Both the position numbers and the translations under genes were made by a program. Below, one piece after another: positions 54,216-64,000 of a DNA stretch of 64,000 nucleotides. The stretch's first letter is position 1. Each line of letters begins with the position of its first letter. The stretch spans positions 223,448,001-223,512,000 of the forward strand of contig OZ024740.1 of the NCBI GenBank assembly GCA_964016885.1, in the 5' to 3' direction. The notes below the pieces were generated by a model. That model did no database searches. It saw nothing but the letters and a program-made list of their open reading frames with translations, and was not told the DNA's origin. Source of the DNA: Eledone cirrhosa. Lineage: Eukaryota.

Positions 54216-56649
54216 CAATTTCATGGCACAGTAATTCATCTACAGAACTTTCAAACCTAACCTGATTAAATTTAAATAACTTTTTCTAATATATATGACT
54301 AACAATATAATCTATTGGTTACTACATCTTAATTATTTTTCTTGACAGTTAACTGTGAAAACTTCATATTGGAGATAATAAGTATTAAGTGGTTGTTAGT
54401 TCTTAGATCATTTTTCTCCTCAGTACAAATGTATTGCTTTTACATTCTGAGAGTTTGTGAGGCAGTTTTTCTGTGGTTGTATGCACTTCCCCAAATAACT
54501 CATATTGTAATTTCCACTAATAATCATCAAACCAATACATTGCTGGGAATACATAGAACATAAACAAACATCAGTGCTTATTTTTTACGTAGTGGTAATA
54601 TGAAAACATTCATACCAAGCAACACACATATACACATTGATGGGCTTCCTTACACTGTTTACCAAATTCATTCAAAGCATTTGTTGGCTTGAGGCTATAA
54701 TACACGACACTTGTCCCAAAATGCCAAAAGAGGAAGACTGAACACAAAACCATAATTACTGACAATGGAAAATTATCCTTTTTTAGATATACGTACCCTG
54801 GTGAAGTATCGATTAAATATTATTTTGATGCTTTAGAAATAGTCAGAAAGAGTTCATATAATTCAAATATAAGCTCATTGATAGCTATTTTTAATTCTGA
54901 AAAAGCTTAGTAAAAAGGAAACTACTATCTAAAGTACCTTGTTTAAAAGAATATGGTCATGAAACAAAAAAAAATAAAATAAAGATACAGTTTAACTGAA
55001 TATTTTGTGTTTAGATAAGAAAAGTACAAAATAGAATGTTCAAAATATGCATGCTATTTGTATGAATCGTGATGAAAATTTACCATTTCAAATTGTTAAA
55101 CAACACAATCGCAACAATGATGTTTTGTTTGACTTTAGTAAAGTCATGGTTTGGCAAAGATAGCAATCAATGGATAACGGACACACATTTTATCAAACAA
55201 AATTCATATCTTCGAATAAAGTTTCATTATTCAACCATATACTTCCTTCTTGTAATTAATCTCTAAAAGCAACAACAACAATCATAGCAACATTTACATT
55301 TATGAAATGTATGATTATAAAGCGTTTTTATTGATTATATAATGACAATGGCAGACACATTACCTTCTAAAATTATCTTCTACCTTCAAAGACTGAATTA
55401 ATTGCTAACCCAAAGTAATGTTTTTGTCATTTCCTATTGATTCAGGTTATGATCTAAATTTTATTTAAATAATAGATACAAAGTAACAAATTGAGTCATT
55501 TGAGCAACAGCATACATATGGGAACTAATACTAAAAGTATACATATTAGGTTTCCTACTTTTAAATCAAAAACACAATCAAATATAGAAAATATTTCTGA
55601 ACAAATTACATGCGTAAACATGGAAGATGACATTGTGATAACTATTTTTATTTCTCATTGTATTAACTCCCATATTTTCTATTTTCATAGTTTACACTAC
55701 ATTAAGGTCAATCCAAACTGATTACATTCATATGCACTATCTCCAGGGACTGTATCTCTAATGTCCTGATATTATCAACTTCTGTTAGTTTTAAGTAGTC
55801 AATTCTGGTATATATAAACTCAATGAAAGATAAGATTAGTGAGATATATTGGAGCAGGGATTCTTTTTATTTTTCTACTATTTAGACAAAGAGAAGCAGG
55901 AAGAGATAATAACCATTGCTATTTAAGGCTTCTATCATGGAGGGAAGAAGTTATTCTTAAACTGGAGCTCTGATCTGAATGCTTGCAAGAAAGTAGTTTC
56001 AGATAAAGGCGCCGAAAAGTTAGGGGAGTGGGGAGGGTAAGCCATGAAACATTAAGACTACCACACAAAATGTGTGCATGAGCGCAGTAAGAAAAACATG
56101 ATATGGAGAGAGGCATTGATCAATCTCCTCACATTAATAACTACAAATAAGCCTTATTTTGTATCATGAAGCTAACATTCTAGCATGGCCGTTGTATGAA
56201 TAGTTTTAGAAATGGTGTGGATAGAGTAGTTTGGAAGCCAGAATATAATATAGAATAACTGTAATCAGACAAGTGCCACTCAGAGAGAGGAAGATAAGCA
56301 ATGAATTGCAGAAGATGATGCCAAAAGATCTAATGATAAATGTTGTGAAAAGAAAATTAGAATTATATAATTGTGTCACTTATTGGGTAAAAGGTGTAAT
56401 GGAAATGACTGAAAAGAAGTGGAATGGAATTGTCAGTTTCAAAAACAAATCCTACAGTTTGATCAAGAGAAGAGCCTACTCATGAAATTAAGTGACTGAG
56501 CATTCCATAGACATCTGTACCCTTAACGCAATTTGCAAGAGAATTATGTGTGACAGTTTGTGTTGAGGCTGACTTTTTGAATTGTAGATACAGTCTAACT
56601 GAATGGCTTTCCATTACATACATATTGCCAAGATATATACATACATTAT

Positions 56650-56838
56650 TGGATTGGCAGTATCAGTAGAGGGTCGAACGCCATGCTTTCCAGCATAGTT
56701 ACATCCCTTTACGATCTGAGTTCAAATCCCGCTGAGGTTGACTTTGCCTTTCATCCTTACGGGGTGAGATAAAGTAAAGTACCAGTAATACACTGGGTAA
56801 TTGCTGGCCTTGTGCCTAAAGTAGAAACAATTATTATT
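56650..56838 (+). mobile_element. tRNA-derived SINE family 1
   Basis: Near-full-length match to family 1. Confidence 0.9.
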
Positions 56839-57174
56839 ACAATGTGTGTGTTTGTGTGTGCATGCGTGTATCTCTTGGCAAGATAGATTTGAGGTAGTGC
56901 AGAACATCTAGCTTCTTGATGCTTTCTCATTCTCTCCTTTAATAATTCCAGAAATCTTAACTTTTCAAGCTCCTCCATTACTTGCTCTCCATTTCGGGTT
57001 TTGTTTCACTCAAAAGGGATCAGGGAGGTGGCTGTTTCTTTTTAATTCCAGTTAAACAGAGAATAAGGATAACAATGATGAGTAAGACATCAAATATATC
57101 TGGTCCAGAAATATGTGCGCATACACACACACACACATATACATATATACATATACATATATATATATATATAT

Positions 57175-57358
57175 CAGAATTGAGATGGTAAAAACCAGTC
57201 AGACCATTACTTACCAGAGTACTCGATACTTGTGGTAGTAGAGTGGGGAATATGAAAAATGTAAGACACCAACGACTGAGCTCCAGCCATTTCGGCAGTT
57301 CGGATCTTGCTTTTGAAATGGCCGGAGCTCAACCATCGGGGTTCTGAATTTTTCATAT
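57175..57358 (-). mobile_element. ~190-bp hairpin-containing element (homologue of 33748-33936)
   Basis: Minus-strand 25-bp helix CCGATGGTTGAGCTCCGGCCATTTC/GAAATGGCTGGAGCTCAGTCGTTGG; shared tail CTACTACC.CAAGT.TC.AGTACTCTGGT.AG.AATGGTC. Confidence 0.65.
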
Positions 57359-58289
57359 ATATATAAATAATCATTGCATGTATTAACATTTGAATAAGTA
57401 AGAAGATATGATTGTTTATATCTTTCATAGACAATACAGCCTGCATTTTTACAGTAGGATGAAAGTCAGCAGTATATACAATATTTGGTAATAACGTGTG
57501 GGTTGGAATCAGAAACGGTATCCAGTCATCATAAAAGTACGTCAATAAATTTAATCCTAAATATGCCAGCATTGAAAATCATATTTAAAAAGATGATGAA
57601 AATGATGTAATAGTATTCCAAATTAACATATGTGTATATTGTTATCTTAATAAAATGAAAAAAAAAAATCTTTAATTTAAACTACAATTTAACAAAATTG
57701 GAAATGTTTAAATTAATAAAGTCAGAAAATGGTTTCCATTCAATGTTTTCTTTCAATTATATTACATAATCTCATATATATTTCATTTGATTAAATCTAT
57801 GAGACATGAAAGAGAAAAAATAAAACGATATGAAGCTAAATGAATAAGTATTTCTTTAAAACAAAAAGGAATAAATTTCTCATTTAAAATTTATGCTTTT
57901 GTATCATTTGCATTAAATGAGGAATGGTTGAAAGCTAAAGTTAAAATCAGTGAAAACTTAACTACTGCATATTGAAAACATGGTTAAACTCTTAAATTAT
58001 AATAACTGGTTTCATATAATGAAATGTTGAAAAGAGCTTTATAATGAAACCTTTCTCATATTTTCATGAAGATTTCACTATTAGCAAATACACATAACTG
58101 AAGAATATACTGTAATTGAATTCTAATTTATGATTCATTTAAAGAAAGTAACTGCTATCTTCTGTCTATATCTAAAGAATATTCAAATCTGTAATAAAAT
58201 CATACTACATATTAGTTGCCTGTGTGTATGCATGTGTGAATGCATTAATCCGCATCTGTGGACAACTCAAGTAGCTTCCCACTGAGATC

Positions 58290-59600
58290 CCAGGGCCAAA
58301 GCGACTAGTCCTTGCCAAATTGATGGCAGTCTGTAACAATGTTATATTGCCATACCTCATGGCAAGATGGCAGACTTAATTTCTAATAAAGGAACCCTGT
58401 TGTCCAGCAAGGACTTACCACATGCCTTTACTGTAAAGAATGAGACACATTTGTAGACATTCATTGTTAGACCAAACACATGGTAAAACAACATACATCT
58501 CTCAACTAGAGATTGATGTACCACTGGAGAACTGGCCATATCAGCATTATCATCCACATAGACCAAGCTTAATAGACCCATATCATCAACCTCTGTGCCA
58601 CAGTTGATGGAGATATATCCATAGCAATGTTGAAGTGAATGGGGTGAGTGTGAGTCCCCTTGCTGGACTGCACACTTGATCTCAATGAATCTGCTCATTT
58701 CCATTCTGACTGAGAATTTTGTACTGCAGCAAATCCTTCACACACTGATCATATGCTGATGAAAGCTATTCCTTTGCATGCTTGCAAACAGTTGAATGTG
58801 GAACTGTGTCAAAGGCCTTGGCCAAGTCACTGAATGTGATGTTCAACCACCGAATCCTTGATCATGCGCCCCATCATGTTTGGCAATGTAGTGCAGCCTG
58901 GTTGCACTTGATGGTCTGCTGTATTTGCTAAGGGTCTCAACACCTTGTGTGAAGAAATTGCAGACAAGCGTTGGAGTGGTTGTGACAACCAGATACCGAC
59001 ACTTTTTCTGACAGGTCTATTTTGTGCAGGGTAGTCCCATCAATCAAGTGGTGGGGGACACTTGGTTTACTAGAAATGATTTGCCACATGCCTTAACAGA
59101 GAAAGTGGTGACTTCAACACATTGACAATAAGGCTGCAGCCATCAGTCTTGATGATACTTGTTTTGGTGGGTGAAGGGGCGATGCCTAAAGGAAGCAACT
59201 GGCGAGGACCTTCATATAGAGACAATATAGAATTAAGAATCTCCTGTTTGAATTTCAATAGAGTGTAATTAATGAGATACATTCCTTATTAGCCAGAGAG
59301 TCAGCAGTCTTACTAAAAGGGGGACCAAATGCGGTGTCCAGTCTTCAAGGCTTTTTCAACACATTGGGTGATAGCAACTCAGTGTGACTGGCTGGAGAGC
59401 CTCACATTAGCATCTCCAACACTTGGTTTCATGGCTCCCAGTGGCCATATTCTCTTATAATGATTCATTGTGGGTTTCAAACACATTTAGTTACCTGGAT
59501 GGTTATAGGTTTAAGCTCTCTTGCCTTGATGAGCAGTGTCTTACTCCTGCCATTTACCCACACTTGGTTGAACTTCTTCATTTGGGCATTCCAAGGCACA
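58290..59600 (-). pseudogene. Decayed R2-like non-LTR RT fragment
   Basis: FSDLAKAFDTVP (~58800-58834), AVQQGDSHSP, LVYVDD, FGLTMNVYKC. Confidence 0.7.
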
Positions 59601-59673
59601 TGCATCTATGCATGTGTGTCAGTAGGTGTAGGTTCCTGCATTCATTTGAGCTTGCATCTGTGTGGGGTGGGGC

Positions 59674-59720
<47 letters not shown>

Positions 59721-60226
59721 TGTGCGTGCGTGTGTGCATGGGGAGTTAGTGCATTCATGAAAGGAGTATCTGCATGCATGGCATGGGGGAGTGGGTGACT
59801 GTGGGTGCATACTAGCAGGTTGCACGTTGACATGCATAGATGTGTGGAATCAAATTATCAACCATAGAAGATAAAGGACAATGTTTAAACACCTATAACT
59901 CCTCAGTTGCCCTCAAGAATAGAATAGTATATATTACAATTATACATCACAAATTCTTTAAAATGCTACACAAATGATATATCTCTTCAAGAGAAAAATG
60001 TCAATCACTGCACATATCAAGGAAACAATCGCCTACCATTACTTATCTAATCTTGCACATCTTTATACATATAACATAATAAAAACTGCATAGCAATCTA
60101 GCCTTCACCATTAAGTCCAGTAAATACTTTAAACATATACTGACTCTATAAAGCACAAGTGTGACAAACTGAAATATTTCTCTCACATCTGTGATAGCAT
60201 GACTACTAAAAATTTAAAACAGACTG

Positions 60227-60415
60227 CGGTGGATTGGCAATATCAGTAGAGGGTCGGACTCCATGCTTTGCAGCAAAGAGTTACGGCCCTTTCCATTCTG
60301 AGTTCAAATCCCGCCGAGGTTAACTTTGCCTTTCATCCTTACAGGGTCGATAAAATAAAGTACCAGTAATACACTGGGTAATGGCTGGCCTTGTGCTGAA
60401 AGTAGAAACAATTAT
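60227..60415 (+). mobile_element. tRNA-derived SINE family 1
   Basis: Full-length match; short flanking repeat AGACTGC. Confidence 0.88.
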
Positions 60416-60739
60416 AGACTGCATCCAAAATGTAATACAATGTATTGACAAGGACATATTTACGAACGCATTCCAACTTTTTAATAGATGTGCTATCTCC
60501 TCACCACATCTTTAATATTACAAAGTCTTATTCTCAGAGGTAGTTCTATGAAAATCCATTAATTTCTCTTTTTCTCACATTCTTTCTCTGTATAAGCTCT
60601 GCAATTTCTTCTATGCCTAATCCACCTTCAGTTTTACAACATTCTGGAATTCTCTTGCTGACCACATTCCACTCTCTCACCCCCATAAATATCAACTTGT
60701 GTTTATTAAAGCTTAATACAAACCATATCAATCCAACTG

Positions 60740-61915
60740 CCCCAGTCGATCTTTCTACTCAGGATCCTACACTATGTCAACCGTTTGCATTCATATTTTC
60801 AAATCCTGTTTCCTATGAACACTCGGCAACAAGCCGTTAAATCTTCGGTCCCGAGGGACATTGCCTCGTGGACCCATGTTTTTGTCAGAAATGACGCAGT
60901 GAGAAGTCCTCTCATTCCACCTTACTGTGGACCCTATCGTGTGCTAGCATGTACAGACAAACATTTCACCATCGACTTTAATGGACATAGAGAGACAGTC
61001 TCTATTGACAGACTGAAGTGGGCCTACACAGATGCTCTCACTATAGAGCGTCATACTCCCCCTTCCTACACTGTGTCAATGCAAACACCATTGCAAGCAC
61101 CACAAGTTCATACACACACTCCTTCACCTTCAACATACGTCTCGACAACCCGGAGTGGTCGTCGTGTCCATTGGCCCAAGAAACTTTCTAAAACATTTTA
61201 CATATGTGATTGATTTATGCAGGAACTATTCTTTTCTTGTATTTAATTTGCTTGACTTGTGTTAACTTTTGTAGAGATTTGCTTCTCATTTTTATCGACT
61301 GCTCCGCAGTCTAAGTGGAGGGTGATGTAGCGGAACTGTTTCATACATAACAACAATGTATTCATTTGTGATTTGGTTAAACAAACCAATCGTTTTAGAT
61401 CACCTATGAATACATTGCTGCCACCTCATTACAAAACCTGCTGGTCCACCAGCGACAGAACTCTTGGACAGCGAAGTGAAAAGACCTACCACAAGATAAC
61501 TCCTAATGTGATCCTCCTATAATTCAGCGGCGAAAGAATTGAACATTCATCAACAAAACATTGTCCACATTTCTTGGATTGTTCTTCTTCAGCCTGTACT
61601 GAAACTCAGTTTTCGACAAATTTATATTTATAGAGAATTGAGTGTTAAAGAGACATTTATTTATACCATGGAAGTCAGAAGCTTGTCACTGCAAGTACAA
61701 AGCAACAAACACATCGACGAAGGTATTTTCTTATAATTGTTTGTAATAACAAGGCCCTTGGATTTTTCAACTTGTAGTTGTAAAAAGGTATAAGTAATTA
61801 TTAAACTCCTCGTTCTTCCTATCATTTTATTGCTTAATTAAATATTCACTTTTTCAAATGTCAACACTTCCGGTCAGCGATCGCTTATATAAACATTCAT
61901 ATATTTGCGTCACTA
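60740..61915 (+). mobile_element. Gypsy integrase C-terminus, polypurine tract and 3' LTR (LTR starts 61326; right end uncertain)
   Basis: WTHVFVRNDAVRSPLIPPYCGPY...VSIDRLK...RSGRRVHWPKKLSKTFYI, homologous to the 12.5-12.9 kb element; AGTGGAGGG then TGTAGCGG. Confidence 0.8.
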
Positions 61916-63069
61916 ATTTTTCTCCTAATGCAGTTCATATATAATATATATTTTTTTAATGTATCATGGATTACTTTACTGATTACATAAGAGTGTAATG
62001 CAGATTTCTGTGCATATTGTCAATTACAATTTTATTTGATGTATCATATCCCCATGCATATATATCAATATGCACACTACACATACTAGTGTTTCTAATG
62101 AAATGGACAGTCCATGATTTGCAAAATCTTTTAAATAATCAAAAATTCGAAGAGATTTAGTAATATAACTAAGTCAGACTGGTGTTTAAAAAAGATATCT
62201 TAAATTTTCTTCCATAAAATTATGATGGAAGGTTTTTATATGAATATAAACATGTTAATACAGTAACCTAGAACCAGGTGCATATCAGTATTGAAAGTAT
62301 TACATATGGCCATTGTATCTTATACCTGGATCTTAAACAGCTAAAGCTATCAATCTTAAAAAATGACACCAATTGAAAATACAACTAAAAAAATGCTGTT
62401 CCTGTAATTAAAAATGATATACAGATGAGTTCACTCGCTACTATATTCTAATTCAGAATTAGAATCCATTTCCATTAATGCAAGTGGTTCCACAGGGCTC
62501 ATCATAGTTGTGTCTAGAGATCAGCCCACTGTTCAGTTCAGTTATTTCATGTTTTTTCAGTTTTCATTTGTCTAACCATCTACATGTCTCTCAATTGTGA
62601 GCATGTCAGATATGAAGCCACAAAGTAATAAAAAGTTTAGTACAACATTCATGGAACATGTTAATAGAATTATATAATATAACTGGAATAGTGGATGCCA
62701 CAAAATGTACTCCGCATACTCTGATGTGGTTGGCATTAGGAAGGGTATCCAGCTATAAAAACGCTGCAAATATAGAACATAAGCAAATCGTGGTTCTTCA
62801 GCCTACCAGCCCGTCAGTGATGACCTATCCACCCCAGGCAATCATAGAAAACCAACATAAACTGAAGATGTTATGCAGGGCTTCCATATAAGGTGTTGAT
62901 CAACCCAAGGTGATGATAGATAACACTTGACTAAGGTACCATACAGTGGAATGAAATGAAAACTATACACTGAAGCAAAACCTAAACAGACCTGCCTACT
63001 TCCATAGATTTTTAATTTCGTTAGACAGCTGAGCTTTCATAAATTGTTACACAGAAAACATAGTAGTTA

Positions 63070-64000
63070 TCTGTATATATATATATATAAAATTGAGAGA
63101 GAGAGAGTGCGCGCGCGCGTGTGTGTGCGTATAGGGGCCTTCATCTTACGACCGATTTTCATGAAACTTTACAGGCTCATAGATTAGTCATCTTGGAGTG
63201 TTTTCCATATATCAGCGTATCGTTTTTTTTTTTATTCCGGGGTCATTCTGCAGATAAAAATCGATAGAGGGGTCACCTTTTTAAGGTATCGAAAAATAAG
63301 ATTTTTGGCTCTAGCTCCCACATTTTGCCATCGATTTCGTTCAAACTTTAAAGCAAAATAGAATTTATCATTGCACATCCTGTAATGACTTTATATTTTG
63401 CATTTGTTGTTCAGCGCCGGCGTGGCAGCCGCTTACATATTCAAAAATACTACTTTTAGATTCAGATTTCCACTTTTTCGGCTCTAGCTCCCACATTAAT
63501 CAACCTACTTTGTTCACATTTTACACTACGCTAGATCTGATTATTTCACGTCTTAAAGTGGCTTTACATTTTGGATTTTTTGTTCAGGAAAGGCGTGGCA
63601 GCCGCTCAAATATTCGAAAATACCACCTTTTCGCTCAAATTTCCGCCTTTAGCTCCCACATTTTTCAACCGATTTAGTTCATATTCGAAACTTCGGCTCC
63701 ACCTCACACATAAATCAATTTATTTGGTTCAACTTTTATACTACAATAGAACCTATCATTGCACATCTTATAAATGGTCAAAAGCAAAACGATGGCCACT
63801 GACGTCGTCTGAGCTTTTAGTTGTGTATTTGAGAATTCATCGGTTTCCAATCAAGTAGCGTGAGGAAATTTGGCTTAGTGCTAGAGGTCATTACCTCCCT
63901 CCCCCAGCATGCCCCTTCGTCAGTCATACGCGTTTCTCAGTGATAGAGGTCATCACCACCCTCCCCTGCATGGCCTGCGTGTGGTCATAGATGAGTCATC
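63070..64000 (+). mobile_element. Helitron-like element 5' part with ~172-bp internal subrepeats
   Basis: A|TCTGTATATATATAAAA start and ACCGATTTTCATGAAACTTT motif as in the other Helitrons; TAGCTCCCACATT at ~63312, ~63486 and ~63650; GGCGTGGCAGCCGCT at 63419 and 63592. Confidence 0.55.

Noticed and set aside
1-64000. CRISPR arrays, operons or other prokaryotic systems
   Set aside because: No regularly spaced repeats with unique spacers and no gene-dense coding; the sequence is eukaryotic repeat-rich DNA.

Overview
Very AT-rich, repeat-dominated eukaryotic DNA. The massive (AT)n/(AC)n microsatellites and the SINE/LINE content suggest an invertebrate, plausibly a cephalopod such as Octopus; this is inference only. 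No host protein-coding exon could be supported, and most listed ORFs are microsatellite artefacts. Recognisable content: two decayed Penelope-like retroelements (one RT-bearing, one GIY-YIG-bearing), two Gypsy integrase/LTR remnants, R2-like and RTE/Rex3-like LINE fragments, many tRNA-derived SINEs, non-autonomous Helitrons, MITEs and a mariner fragment. The main signal is a cluster of type I hammerhead ribozyme (HHR) motifs. Four belong to one ~400-470 bp non-coding, terminally redundant repeat family inserted in (TA)n (3.6, 11.3, 23.5 and 23.7 kb). They show covarying stems I and II, a conserved UA bulge and a minimal stem III (palindromic in three of four); an upstream octamer ATGCAAAT is seen at all three loci. 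This looks like a retrozyme-like system (self-cleaving, probably circular RNA) beside its probable Penelope mobiliser class. Further intact or decayed HHR motifs mark Penelope-type termini at 2.3, 9.8, 32, 34.6 and 40.9 kb.
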